29,748 nt of DNA from a virus (IMGVR_UViG_3300020042_007480:1-29748), one strand, 5' to 3'; positions 14,187-23,651 are shown, counted from the first letter of the stretch. Numbers and translations are program-made. The notes: generated from the letters alone by a model not told the origin.

Positions 14187-14746
14187 TGCGCAGGCTTCCA
14201 AATAATATCTTTGTCTTGCAGCGAGACGATGTATTCCAGCCCCAGGTCGCCGGGGTAGTCGATCTGCTGATCCTCATGCGTATAGCGCCACTCGCGCGCT
14301 CGCTTGAGAGATACCGCCTCGCTTTCGATGCGCACGGTGATACTGCATGTCTCGCCCTGCTCGTCGATTTCCATGGTGTCCATGGATGCGGTATACAGTT
14401 GCACCGGGTCCACGATCACCGCGCCGGATGAATTCATCATGCCGAAATAAATGGCCGCGGCGCGCCCCTGGTAGTGCTGGCCGAGCGCAATGGCGATCAG
14501 GTCGCTGGGTATACCGGAGAGTTTCAGGTTGGCGCCGTTGGCCACGAAGTCGCCAGACTCGGTGAGCGGTTCGATCTGGCCCAGACTGCCCACCCCCTGC
14601 CAGGTCTCAGAATTCCAGGACAGCTCGCCCAAGCCAGACCAAACCCGCACCGTGCCGGAATCAAACTCCATGCGAACCAAAAAAATAGGGGAAACGCTAG
14701 GAGCTGCCGCCGCCGAGATCATTGCCGCCGATAAATCACGCGCCAT
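14183..14746 (-). CDS. Minor tail (hub, gpL-like) protein
   Basis: VRVWSGLGELSW...WQGVGSLG, RYTHEDQQIDYPGDLGLEY; gene order. Confidence 0.78.
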   Translation of the reverse strand: MARDLSAAMISAAAAPSVSPIFLVRMEFDSGTVRVWSGLGELSWNSETWQGVGSLGQIEPLTESGDFVANGANLKLSGIPSDLIAIALGQHYQGRAAAIYFGMMNSSGAVIVDPVQLYTASMDTMEIDEQGETCSITVRIESEAVSLKRAREWRYTHEDQQIDYPGDLGLEYIVSLQDKDIIWKPAQ

Positions 14747-15354
14747 CAGATCGCCTCAACCGCGGAAAACGACATGGAAAAAATAATGCCGGGGCTGACA
14801 TCCCAGGGCATCTCGTTGCTGGTCAACCGGAACAGGCCCGTGCAATTGCTCGTGATGATTGCCGCGTTGTCCGCCGGCGACTCGCGCAGCCGCGGCCAGA
14901 TGTCCAGGGTGGCGTTGCCGCTGCCGTCGCTGTTGGCGTCCACCATCACCTTGTACAGTCGCTCGCCAATCTGGATGTAGTCGCCCTGCTTGAGAATCCC
15001 GGTTTGAGAAATCGTCCAGCCGTCCGTCAGCAAAACCTGCCCGGTCTGCGAAGCGCCCTTCACCAGCGGCGTGCCGGTGGCAATACCGCGCGGCGTGCGC
15101 CCGGATTCATCACCCAAGCGAAATGTTCCATAGCGTCCGTTGAGTTGCAGAAATGCCGCAACCCACGGCTCGGCATCGGCGCGGCGCATATTTGGCAGGG
15201 TGATGTCGGCCTGCCACACCTGGCCCTGGTGCAGATACATCTGCTGCGACCCGGTAAAAGGTGACACACTGGCCGAAACGACACTGCGCGGGTAAATGCG
15301 CACCTTGGCCGGGGATGGGCTGTCGGGAAGATCGATGGGGTAGGTGATCGTCAT
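14746..15354 (-). CDS. Distal tail protein
   Basis: SPFTGSQQ...WQADITLP, LDIWPRLR; directly after the tape measure gene. Confidence 0.75.
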   Translation of the reverse strand: MTITYPIDLPDSPSPAKVRIYPRSVVSASVSPFTGSQQMYLHQGQVWQADITLPNMRRADAEPWVAAFLQLNGRYGTFRLGDESGRTPRGIATGTPLVKGASQTGQVLLTDGWTISQTGILKQGDYIQIGERLYKVMVDANSDGSGNATLDIWPRLRESPADNAAIITSNCTGLFRLTSNEMPWDVSPGIIFSMSFSAVEAI

Positions 15355-17468
15355 CAGGAAAATCTCAACTGGCCGCGCTGGTTAAGGTTTTGTACCTGCG
15401 ACACGGCGCGCGACACGGAACGCTCTTCGGATTCGCGCAGCGCCCGGCGGATGCGATCTTCGGAACCTGGATCGGCGCCGCGCGCGTCGATGTTGTAATA
15501 ATTGTTCACCGTCATACCGCCGCCGCCGGCATCCAGACGCACGCCCAGCTTGCCGCCAGCGCCGCGTTTCAACGGTAAGATCGCCTCCGGCCCGGCCTCG
15601 CCCATCAGGCCGCTGCCGCTGGCGAATTTGAACAGCGTAGGGCTGCTGACCACGCTACCGGAATGCGCGCTCAGACCGGCAGCGCCATTGAACACGCCGC
15701 CGTTGGTCAAACCGATCAGGCCGGCGTTAAAAGCCTGCGAGGTTGACAGGCTATAAGTACTGGCAGAAGGGAATCCGCCGCCACCGAAGAAACTGCCGGC
15801 CAGCCCCAGCAAGCCGCCCAGAAACCCACCGCCGCCACCGCCGCCACCACTACCGGCCCGCGCGAATTCAAAAGCCGCCTGCGCCGCCTCGAATAGCGGC
15901 TCGGTCAGGCTCTTGCGGATGGTCAGTTTGAGCAGATCGTCCGCCAAGGCCTTGACCACGCTGCGCACGTCCTTGCCGCCCACAATGGCGTCCTCGAAGG
16001 CGCTGCTGAATGTCAGGCCGATGTCTCGGGCGATGTCGCTGGTTTCCTTGGCCACTTCGTTGAAGCCGAGTTGCGCATCGATGGCGTCGTTGATCTTGAA
16101 GCGGGCAGCGTTGGCCTGCTCCGCACTCAACGCGCCAGCCTGTTCCAGCTTGTCGATCTCGTCCAGCTTGACCCGGTATTTTTCAACCGGGTCGATCAGA
16201 TCGATGTATTCCTTTTTCAGGCCAGAAATTTTCGCCGATTCATCCTGCTGGTCCTTAAAAATATCAGAATTTAGCTGGTTGATAGCGTCCTGCTGATCTT
16301 TGATGAACAGCTCAGTAGCCTTTTGGCTGTCTTCCAGAATTTTTTGCCGCTCGCGGGCGATTTTTTCTGCTTTGGATTTTGCGGCCTTGATCGCAGAGTC
16401 ATCATCCAATATTGGGGCGGCGGCCTTGGGTTCCTGAACCACAGCCGGGGCACGCAGCTTGTCCTTGTATTTTTCAAGGTTTTCGATCTGGTTTTTGATC
16501 ACCTGGATGCGCTTGCGACCCTCTTCGCCGCTGGGCAACAAACCATCAGTCGACAAACGACCACGCCGGCCTGCTTGTACATCCTCTAGCCGTTGCAACT
16601 CCTCGCGCAGGTCCTTGACCTGTCCGGACACGGTGAAATCGTTGTCCGGTATCAGAAAATCGAATGGCAGCTTGCCAAGACCGGCGAATCCGCGCAGCAA
16701 GGCCAGCAAACCCTTGCCCTCTTTTTGCAGGCGCAGCATCTCGTTGGCGGTATCGTTCAGCGATGGCAGCAAGTCTCTGGCAAAAGCGATGCCGACCGAG
16801 CTGGATGTGGCCTGCAAGCGCGTCAGGTTGTCGTTGAATTCTTCGGACGCCTTGGCCAGATCGGCGCTCATGATCAAACCCAGCTTTTCCGCCTCGCCGC
16901 GCATCTGCCCCAGGCCTTTGCTGCCCTGGTTCAGCAGCGGTATCAAATCCGACCCGGCCCGCCCGAAAATCTTTACCGCCAGCGCGGTCTTGCCGGCGCC
17001 GTCCTCCAGACCGGAGAACTTGTCCGCCACCTCCAGCAGCACTTGATCCGCCGATTTCAGGTTCCCGGTCGAGTCCTTGACATTGATGCCCAGGGCGCCA
17101 AATGCATCCTTGGCTTCGCCGGTGCCGCGCGCCGTATCGGCCATGTTGACCGAAAGTTTTTTAATGCTGGTGCTGAGGGAGTCCAGCGACACGTCCGATA
17201 GGTCGCCCGCGTATTTGAGCGCGGATAAGGACTCGACTGAAACGCCGACACGCTGGCTGAGCTTGCCCATTTCGTCGGCCGCGTCGATGCTGGATTTGAC
17301 GAACGAGGCAAAGCTGGCGGCCGAGAACGCCGCGCCCAGCGCCGGCAGCGCGCGGGTCAGCGCACTGGTGCTGTTTTGCATACCATTCAGGCCGCGCTGA
17401 ACAGAAGCGAACGCACCGCGCGTTCGGTCGTCCGCGACGATCTCGATCCGAGCTTGGTTATTAGCCAT
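15354..17468 (-). CDS. Tail tape measure protein
   Basis: 704 aa, helical and Ala-rich; ADEMGKLSQRVG, GLMGEAGPEAILPL. Confidence 0.93.
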   Translation of the reverse strand: MANNQARIEIVADDRTRGAFASVQRGLNGMQNSTSALTRALPALGAAFSAASFASFVKSSIDAADEMGKLSQRVGVSVESLSALKYAGDLSDVSLDSLSTSIKKLSVNMADTARGTGEAKDAFGALGINVKDSTGNLKSADQVLLEVADKFSGLEDGAGKTALAVKIFGRAGSDLIPLLNQGSKGLGQMRGEAEKLGLIMSADLAKASEEFNDNLTRLQATSSSVGIAFARDLLPSLNDTANEMLRLQKEGKGLLALLRGFAGLGKLPFDFLIPDNDFTVSGQVKDLREELQRLEDVQAGRRGRLSTDGLLPSGEEGRKRIQVIKNQIENLEKYKDKLRAPAVVQEPKAAAPILDDDSAIKAAKSKAEKIARERQKILEDSQKATELFIKDQQDAINQLNSDIFKDQQDESAKISGLKKEYIDLIDPVEKYRVKLDEIDKLEQAGALSAEQANAARFKINDAIDAQLGFNEVAKETSDIARDIGLTFSSAFEDAIVGGKDVRSVVKALADDLLKLTIRKSLTEPLFEAAQAAFEFARAGSGGGGGGGGFLGGLLGLAGSFFGGGGFPSASTYSLSTSQAFNAGLIGLTNGGVFNGAAGLSAHSGSVVSSPTLFKFASGSGLMGEAGPEAILPLKRGAGGKLGVRLDAGGGGMTVNNYYNIDARGADPGSEDRIRRALRESEERSVSRAVSQVQNLNQRGQLRFS

Positions 17469-17664
17469 TTTGTAACTCGTCTCGCAGCGCGGTGAGTTGC
17501 ACGATCATCATTTCCATGTCCACCCCCAATATCTCGCACACCATGGGCAAGGCCGCCCAGTCGATGCCGCCCATCCAATTCCAGGCCTTGATCACCAAGG
17601 CCACCTCAGCCGATGGGCCTGGCGGGAACGGCTGCCTACTCCGCTCCAGCCAGGCGATCAGTTT
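17461..17664 (-). CDS. gpT-like extension of the tail assembly chaperone reached by -1 frameshift
   Basis: Open -1 frame KLIAWLERSRQPFP...AWNWMGGIDWAALPMVCEILGV...LQNG* beginning at A-AAA-AAC. Confidence 0.75.
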   Translation of the reverse strand, partial: KLIAWLERSRQPFPPGPSAEVALVIKAWNWMGGIDWAALPMVCEILGVDMEMMIVQLTALRDELQNG

Positions 17665-17984
17665 TTTCGCGCGGCGTCCTGCGCTTGTGCGTGCTCCAGA
17701 TACGCGCCCTGGATCGACTCAAACAGCGCGGCCCAAAACTCCGGCCGATCCTCGATCCAATCTGCAAACAACTCGGCATCGAACGGCAGCGGAATATCCG
17801 TGCCGCCCGGCACCACGTCGATCTCGCGCAGATCCCAACCCACCACAAAGCGCTTGACCATATCCAGGCCGGTGCCGGACAGGCTGGCCACTTCGGCATT
17901 GGTCGGGCGGCGGATGGTGAAGATGTGGCCGTCCACGGGGACATTGCGCTCGCGCGCCTTGCGTAGTTTTTCCAATGGCGTCAT
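17658..17984 (-). CDS. Tail assembly chaperone (gpG-like)
   Basis: Between the tube and tape measure genes; ends ...ARKN* on a slippery heptamer. Confidence 0.8.
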   Translation of the reverse strand: MTPLEKLRKARERNVPVDGHIFTIRRPTNAEVASLSGTGLDMVKRFVVGWDLREIDVVPGGTDIPLPFDAELFADWIEDRPEFWAALFESIQGAYLEHAQAQDAARKN

Positions 17985-17996
17985 GGTCTAGCCGCC

Positions 17997-18641
17997 TTAG
18001 CTGCTGTAGTAGGTGGGCGAGCCGAAGGCGGTGATCACCGCCGGCGAAACCACTTTGTCTTGCGCGCTGCCGGTTGGCGCGCCGGAAAAACCCACATAGC
18101 CGGCAAACACCATGATCGGGCCGCCGGTGCCGAAGGTGAACTTGAATGCGCGCTGCGCCTGCGCGTCGGACGCCGTTTTCATGGCGGCCTGACCGGCATC
18201 CGCCGCATCCCAGTTTTGATTCATGGTGTAGGCCAAGGGGTTGGCTGTGCCGGGAATCTGGGTGCGCGTGTTGTCGTGGATGGTGGTGGTGTCGATAAAG
18301 TCGAAATCGCCGCCGGAAGCGGAGATGTCGGCGGCCGTGGTGATCGATGTGCCGAAAGTGACGGCCTTCGCGGTGCCGCTGCTGAAGGTGTCGAAAGACG
18401 TGGTGTCCACGCCTTCCAGCTCGAAGGTGTTGGTAGCCTGGTTTGCCACGCGCACCACACGGCCGTTTAGCTGGTGCATGCCCTGGACTTCCAGGAACAC
18501 ATAATCACCGTTCGCCAGACCGTGTGAAGCAGATGTGACCACGCCAGGATTGGCCTTGGTGATGCCGGTGATGGTGTCTGCGCCGGCCAGAGCGGATTGC
18601 ATAGCAACCGCCACGCCCGACCATTTTCGTACTGTTGCCAT
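17997..18641 (-). CDS. Major tail tube protein
   Basis: ITGITKANPGVV...HGLANGD, ISASGGDFDFIDTT, FAGYVG; AAGGAG RBS before ATG 18641. Confidence 0.88.
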   Translation of the reverse strand: MATVRKWSGVAVAMQSALAGADTITGITKANPGVVTSASHGLANGDYVFLEVQGMHQLNGRVVRVANQATNTFELEGVDTTSFDTFSSGTAKAVTFGTSITTAADISASGGDFDFIDTTTIHDNTRTQIPGTANPLAYTMNQNWDAADAGQAAMKTASDAQAQRAFKFTFGTGGPIMVFAGYVGFSGAPTGSAQDKVVSPAVITAFGSPTYYSS

Positions 18642-18733
18642 GATGTGACTCCTTTGTATAAGGCCAGGAGGCACATGGATGGCGTGTCGTAAAACGAGAG
18701 GCCGATCCGCGAGCTGACGCGGTTTGAATTAAA

Positions 18734-18829
18734 TCAGGGTTGAGCGGACAGCCACTCTTCCCAAGCCTTGATCATGCCTTTTGCAAATCGGATCAAGGTT
18801 TCGTGTAGTTTTTTCGTGGCCGGATTCAT
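18734..18829 (-). CDS. 31-aa peptide (not in ORF track)
   Basis: ATGA-coupled to the upstream gene; MNPATKKLHETLIRFAKGMIKAWEEWLSAQP*. Confidence 0.55.
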   Translation of the reverse strand: MNPATKKLHETLIRFAKGMIKAWEEWLSAQP

Positions 18830-19269
18830 AACAGCACATCCGGCGCGTTGCTTTTCACATAAAACACCAGTGCATAAGTCAGGCGCTTGACCGCCACCGG
18901 CTTTTCGCTGATTTCGTCGTCGAACTGGCTACCGCTGTAGATCGCCTGCAGGCGGATCGAACCAATCACAATGTCCGCCGACAGCGCGACCTCGACCTCT
19001 TTCGAGATCAGGTCCAGGGTCTCGTCCAGCGCCGTGTTGGCCTTGGCGCAGCCTTCCACCACCAGCGTCAATTGCCGTTCTTGCAAGTACGGCGCGTGGA
19101 TCGACTGCGCCTGGCTGGTCTCCTCGTCCACAAACACCCGCAGCGCCGGCAGATCTCCATCGGCAATCGGATACAGCCGATTGGGATACACGCGCGTCCC
19201 GGTGCTGGTCAGCCCGGTCAAGGACGTAACCACCGCCTCGCGGATCTGCTGATGCGCGTGGTCTGCCAT
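18826..19269 (-). CDS. Tail terminator / completion protein
   Basis: HAHQQIREAV...RVYPNRLYPI...LPALRVF; upstream of the tube gene. Confidence 0.75.
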   Translation of the reverse strand: MADHAHQQIREAVVTSLTGLTSTGTRVYPNRLYPIADGDLPALRVFVDEETSQAQSIHAPYLQERQLTLVVEGCAKANTALDETLDLISKEVEVALSADIVIGSIRLQAIYSGSQFDDEISEKPVAVKRLTYALVFYVKSNAPDVLL

Positions 19270-19550
19270 TATTGCTCCTCCAAAATCAATCGAATCATGC
19301 CCATCGAATCCGGCTCGATGCCGCGCACCGTGTAGTCCACGGCGCCGTCCACCCGCGTCACGGTGTCGCCATGCGCGATATCCTCCACCAGAGCCCTGTC
19401 CGTGGTCAGCGCGGGGCGCGAACCCTCCATGCCCAGCGGCGACTCATAGGGCGACTCGTACACGCCGCAGAATTCCACGCCGTCGAAAACAAATAACTCG
19501 CCCAGCGCGATGAGTATGGCCAGTCGGTCGGATGCGGTCTCGATCGCCAT
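19269..19550 (-). CDS. Head-tail joining protein (FII-like)
   Basis: HGDTVT...YTVRGIEPDSMGMIRLIL. Confidence 0.75.
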   Translation of the reverse strand: MAIETASDRLAILIALGELFVFDGVEFCGVYESPYESPLGMEGSRPALTTDRALVEDIAHGDTVTRVDGAVDYTVRGIEPDSMGMIRLILEEQ

Positions 19551-19855
19551 CAGCGCTCCCGCACTTTCACCGTAAAGCTGCGTTCATCGGTGCGCCCGCC
19601 GGTGGTGGTGATCTTGCACTCCACCACATAATCCAGGCCAACCGATCCGCCGGACAGCCAGGCCGTGGCCGTGGTGGTGGTGTTCGACTGCGTGTCCTTG
19701 GTCAAGCCAGTGGGCACGGTCCAGGTCGGCGTGCCGGTGATGGTGTCCGCGCCAAGCCAGGTCGCCCAGTCCACTGTGTAATCCAGCACCGCTTCCGGGT
19801 CTTTGGTGATCCAGTGCTCACCCGTGCTGCTATCCAGCTTGAATGAAGTAGCCAT
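19550..19855 (-). CDS. Small beta-sandwich virion protein (fibre adaptor-like)
   Basis: KDPEAVLDYTVDW...WLSGG...ITTTGGRTDERS. Confidence 0.65.
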   Translation of the reverse strand: MATSFKLDSSTGEHWITKDPEAVLDYTVDWATWLGADTITGTPTWTVPTGLTKDTQSNTTTTATAWLSGGSVGLDYVVECKITTTGGRTDERSFTVKVRER

Positions 19856-19856
19856 G

Positions 19857-21248
19857 TCATTGCACCGTTAAAGTTCGAGTTTCACGCGCGATGGTCAGCA
19901 CCCGCGTTTCCAGCGGGATGGTCAGGGTTCGATACGGATCGAGCACCACCGAATTGCTGTCGTTCGACGCCGCCGCCACCAACGCCGCGCCGGGGCCGAT
20001 CAGCGCGCCGGTGGTGGCATGCATCCGCACCACGGCCGCCGTGCCGGCCAGCGCCGCGCCGCCGCCGATTAAAATACCGCTGGCGGCGTGCGCGGTTAAG
20101 CGCGCCGCCGCGCCGGAAACAGCCGCGCCTGGCCCGGTTAAAGCCCCGGATGTGGCATGCGCACCCTCCACCGCGTGATCTGCACTGCCAGAGACGGATG
20201 CGCCCGACCCCGCCAGAGCGCCGGATGTGGCGTGTGGGATATTGTGTACGGATACGCCTGCAACAGAAGAACCTGCGCCAGTAAGCGCGCCGCTAGTCGC
20301 ATGCTGCCGGTAGCGTGTAGCCGTTCCCGCAATCGTAGAACCTTGCCCCGTCAAAGCGCCGCTGGTGGCATGCTTGGCAATGTGGGCCGATGTACCGGCA
20401 ATGCTGGACGCTTGTCCTGTTAGAGTGCCGCTTGTTGCGTGAGTGGCCGCACCCCCCGCACTCGGCAAGTAGATGTTGCGCGATTGGGGCAGTAGCAGCG
20501 AATACGTCTCACGGTAAAATTTATTCGCTATTTTTAAAGATGGAGCCTGATTTATTATTGATATGGCACCAATAGCACCATCGAAATAATCAGCAAATCC
20601 CGGGTAGTCTCGACGCCCTGCATATAAGCTAGTCGTCGTGTTTTGCATTAACCCTGTTGTGCTACCACTACCTGCATATAGGGTAATGGGCTCACCATTT
20701 AGATATGCGACAATATCGGACGATCCGTCAGTGCTACCAATTACAAGCCAATAGTATTTGCCGTTTTCAAGCACAGAAGCAGCAGAATACTTCTGATAAT
20801 AAGTGCTTCCAGATACAAATCTAGTGTGGCCAAAAGACCCCACGTCACCATTTCCGGTATTATCTGTACCGTTCGGGTTTATCTCTATAGTAAATTGTCT
20901 GCCTGTGTCTTTATCCTTGCCAAGCAGCATTTCTCTGCGAGTGCCCCCCATAGCATCAGGGCGGAACAGTATGCATATAGAGTATGCACCAGCGAAGTTT
21001 ACAGACTCAACATCTCCAAAATTTACACTTGACGAAGTACCATTAAATTCTAGTATTCTGCCGCCAGGGAATACGCCAGATGCAATATCGGTATTAGCGC
21101 CTTTTAACAGTCCACAAGCATCATGTAACCCCGAACCAACAGGGTAAAGGAAGCTTGTTACACCATTTGCGTCAGGGTTATTCCGATCAATCCCAACCGG
21201 GTACTGCGGCTGGGTAGTCCTAACGATCCGCTGTTTTATAATCCCCAC
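19857..21248 (-). CDS. LamG/ConA-like domain protein with repeat stalk (putative accessory fibre)
   Basis: LEFNGTSSSVNFG...YLNG...YFDGAIG lectin-like N-terminal half; seven HATSGxLxG repeats. Confidence 0.75.
   Translation of the reverse strand: MGIIKQRIVRTTQPQYPVGIDRNNPDANGVTSFLYPVGSGLHDACGLLKGANTDIASGVFPGGRILEFNGTSSSVNFGDVESVNFAGAYSICILFRPDAMGGTRREMLLGKDKDTGRQFTIEINPNGTDNTGNGDVGSFGHTRFVSGSTYYQKYSAASVLENGKYYWLVIGSTDGSSDIVAYLNGEPITLYAGSGSTTGLMQNTTTSLYAGRRDYPGFADYFDGAIGAISIINQAPSLKIANKFYRETYSLLLPQSRNIYLPSAGGAATHATSGTLTGQASSIAGTSAHIAKHATSGALTGQGSTIAGTATRYRQHATSGALTGAGSSVAGVSVHNIPHATSGALAGSGASVSGSADHAVEGAHATSGALTGPGAAVSGAAARLTAHAASGILIGGGAALAGTAAVVRMHATTGALIGPGAALVAAASNDSNSVVLDPYRTLTIPLETRVLTIARETRTLTVQ
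19965..20441 (-). repeat. Seven ~23-aa coding repeats HA(T/A)(S/T)GxLxG
   Basis: Visible in the translation of 19857-21248. Confidence 0.85.
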
Positions 21249-21257
21249 GTTATAACT

Positions 21258-21737
21258 TTACGCAGTCGCGCCAACGTCGGTTTTGGGCGAGACTTTCAGC
21301 GTCCAGCCGATGGGGATATTGACCGCAAGGCCATTGCTGATAAAAAACTCGCAAGCACCAGCACCCGCGCTATCGCCTGGAAGCGGAACATCTACAGCGT
21401 GCACATAGTGCGTGGTCGAAGCAGTCGTCGCGTAAGGGATTGTGAAGTTGCCAACAAGCTTTGCTTGATTGCTCGCTGTCGGCACTGGGTCGTCGTTCGT
21501 GCTGTCAATATTCAGATCACGCCGCCACAGATAGACTTGCTGCGATGCCGACGTTACAGCGGCAGTTGGCGCAATCATCAGCGTAATATCAGCGCGCGGG
21601 TATTTAATCGTGTTGGTGCTAGACAGCGCGGTTGATACGTCCGACGCGGGACTGTAAGCGCCAGCCGCTAAACTCGTGCCGCTGCCAATATGAACGATCT
21701 GCGTAGTCGCAGAAACTTTTGCACTTGCATCAGGCAT
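21258..21737 (-). CDS. Hypothetical beta-rich virion-associated protein
   Basis: AGGAGG RBS; Ser/Thr/Ala-rich; precedes the LamG gene. Confidence 0.65.
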   Translation of the reverse strand: MPDASAKVSATTQIVHIGSGTSLAAGAYSPASDVSTALSSTNTIKYPRADITLMIAPTAAVTSASQQVYLWRRDLNIDSTNDDPVPTASNQAKLVGNFTIPYATTASTTHYVHAVDVPLPGDSAGAGACEFFISNGLAVNIPIGWTLKVSPKTDVGATA

Positions 21738-22386
21738 TTTTAGCCTCCTTGTAGTCTTTCCAGTTCCAAGCAGCGCCGCCCAAATGGGTTACGAGCTTGC
21801 TTGCGTCTTGATCCAAGTAAACCTTGTAACCAGCGTCCCGAGCTTTCTCGTATAGCGGGTTATCCTCAGTCGTGTAGCTGTTGGTTTCCGGGATAAACTG
21901 CGGTGCGAACCAAGGCTGGGGAACGGCTTTAAACACTTCAATGTCGAACAGCGAAACCCCGAAACCCGAATAGGCAATGGAGCGCATGCCGGTCGAGTTC
22001 TCCAACGTCGGCACACGCTTGCCCTTTAAGTCCACCGCCACGAAAGAATCTTTCGCTTCGGTTTTAATCAGGTAATTGGTGCAGACAATTGACTGTCTGC
22101 GCCCTAGCATCACGTCCAAGACTTGCGGCTCGAACACCATGTCGTCATCCAGAAACATTAAGTGAGTCATACCGCCATCGATGGCGCGGCGAACTAACTG
22201 CTCTCGATTCGTGATCCAGTTGGTGGACTCCACCACGTCGATTTTGACCTCGATAGTTGCTTCGGGGCGGGTTGTGATGCCGTGTGCCGCTACCTTGCTA
22301 ATCATCCCGGCCAGGGAGTAAGCAAACCCCATCCGGCAAGAACCAGCCGTTGGAATAGCAATTACGAGCTTAATTTCATCAGCCAT
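21730..22386 (-). CDS. GT-A fold (GT2-like) glycosyltransferase
   Basis: LVIAIPT, NREQLV, THLMFLDDDMVF (DxD), GFGVSL, TEDNPL, GYKVYLD...VTHLG. Confidence 0.8.
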   Translation of the reverse strand: MADEIKLVIAIPTAGSCRMGFAYSLAGMISKVAAHGITTRPEATIEVKIDVVESTNWITNREQLVRRAIDGGMTHLMFLDDDMVFEPQVLDVMLGRRQSIVCTNYLIKTEAKDSFVAVDLKGKRVPTLENSTGMRSIAYSGFGVSLFDIEVFKAVPQPWFAPQFIPETNSYTTEDNPLYEKARDAGYKVYLDQDASKLVTHLGGAAWNWKDYKEAKNA

Positions 22387-22570
22387 CTAAATCCGTTTCT
22401 GGCCCGGCGATAAAAGTCGCAGCCGTTAAGTACATATCTGTCGCCCCTTTTCCGCGCAACCGGCGGAACTCTACGATTGCTTCCTCATACGTCAACCCTG
22501 TTGCAAGTACAGACCAAAACCCACCGGCAACATCAAAGCGTAAAATCACAAATCTCGGTAAATTAAGCAC
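22379..22570 (-). CDS. Hypothetical protein
   Basis: Fills the gap in the late operon and overlaps the next start. Confidence 0.5.
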   Translation of the reverse strand: MLNLPRFVILRFDVAGGFWSVLATGLTYEEAIVEFRRLRGKGATDMYLTAATFIAGPETDLDG

Positions 22571-22580
22571 GCCAGTCTTC

Positions 22581-23063
22581 TCAATTGAACATCTCCGCCA
22601 CTTCGTTGAGCGTCAGGCCGCCGATGTAGCTGCGGTCAAGCGCGATCACTGTGCCGGTGGTTTTCGTTGTGCCGCCAAGAACAACTTCGATGCGCTTAGC
22701 GTTCTCAGTAGCAGCAAGCAAGATGGCTTCCGCGTTGCTTGCTGCGGTAGCTGAACCCCAAACATCAGTAACCCACTTGCGTACTTTGTTGCGCGTGTAG
22801 TTACGAGAGGTGCGCAGGAACAGCGACCACGAATCACGCTTGCCTGCCGCCAATGAGTCGTAGGTGCTGTAGTCTGGGGCGTCGTCGGAGTCGTTCGACG
22901 GTACATCCACGCGCCAAGCTTTCGTCACTTGGCTTGCGTTCGCGCTCATTGCTTCGGCAATGGCGAAGTAGTCAGTGCCAGGGCCAGATGTCATCGTGCC
23001 TAGCAAGGGATCGGCGATGATGTATGCTTTGACTGTTGCTTTTTGTGCGTCGGTTAGTGCCAT
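22581..23063 (-). CDS. Hypothetical virion-associated protein
   Basis: 160 aa in operon orientation, poly-G RBS. Confidence 0.7.
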   Translation of the reverse strand: MALTDAQKATVKAYIIADPLLGTMTSGPGTDYFAIAEAMSANASQVTKAWRVDVPSNDSDDAPDYSTYDSLAAGKRDSWSLFLRTSRNYTRNKVRKWVTDVWGSATAASNAEAILLAATENAKRIEVVLGGTTKTTGTVIALDRSYIGGLTLNEVAEMFN

Positions 23064-23080
23064 GATTTACCCCCCCCTTT

Positions 23081-23470
23081 TTATGCGCTTAACGCCGTAT
23101 AAGTCAGCGACGAACAGCTCACAGTGTCCCCAGCCGTAATGGTCAGGCCGTTGCTCATGTTGATATCGCTGGCCGATGCCGCGACCGCGCAATGGATTAC
23201 CACCGTTCCGCCGGAAGTCTCCAGGGTGGCCGTCGCCACCGCAGACGCATTGCCGGCGGCGTTGGTGTCGCTGGTGATGGCGTTTGCCGTGGCCGTGCCG
23301 GTGGACGATGCACCGAATGCTGTGGCGCTCAGAGAGAGTGTTGCCGCCGCCGTGCCGGGCGCACCGACCGTGCCGGATGTGCGGAATTTCAGTTTACCGC
23401 TGGCGCCGATTAGGGCCGTGACGGCATCGGTTGCGGCGTTACGCGCCGCTGTGCTGTGGGTTACTGCCAT
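23081..23470 (-). CDS. Small Ala/Thr/Ser-rich structural protein (fibre or decoration)
   Basis: HSTAARNAATDAV...LSATAFGAS...ITAGDTVSCSSLTYT. Confidence 0.7.
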   Translation of the reverse strand: MAVTHSTAARNAATDAVTALIGASGKLKFRTSGTVGAPGTAAATLSLSATAFGASSTGTATANAITSDTNAAGNASAVATATLETSGGTVVIHCAVAASASDINMSNGLTITAGDTVSCSSLTYTALSA

Positions 23471-23624
23471 GTTCTTGCTCCTCGTTCGTGGTTTCTGACG
23501 TCATGCGACCGACCAATTCGACTTGCTCCGTCAATCCGGTTGCGGCACGGGTGATTTGCAGCGTCATGCGCAATTCGCCGGCCTGGCCGGTGAGTTGCGG
23601 TGCGCTGGGTTGGGCTTCGTTCAT
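23439..23624 (-). CDS. Hypothetical small protein
   Basis: LTGQAGELRMTLQITRAATG; in operon orientation. Confidence 0.55.
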   Translation of the reverse strand: MNEAQPSAPQLTGQAGELRMTLQITRAATGLTEQVELVGRMTSETTNEEQEHGSNPQHSGA

Positions 23625-23651
23625 GGTTTCTGTCCCGTTTCAACGTTTATC

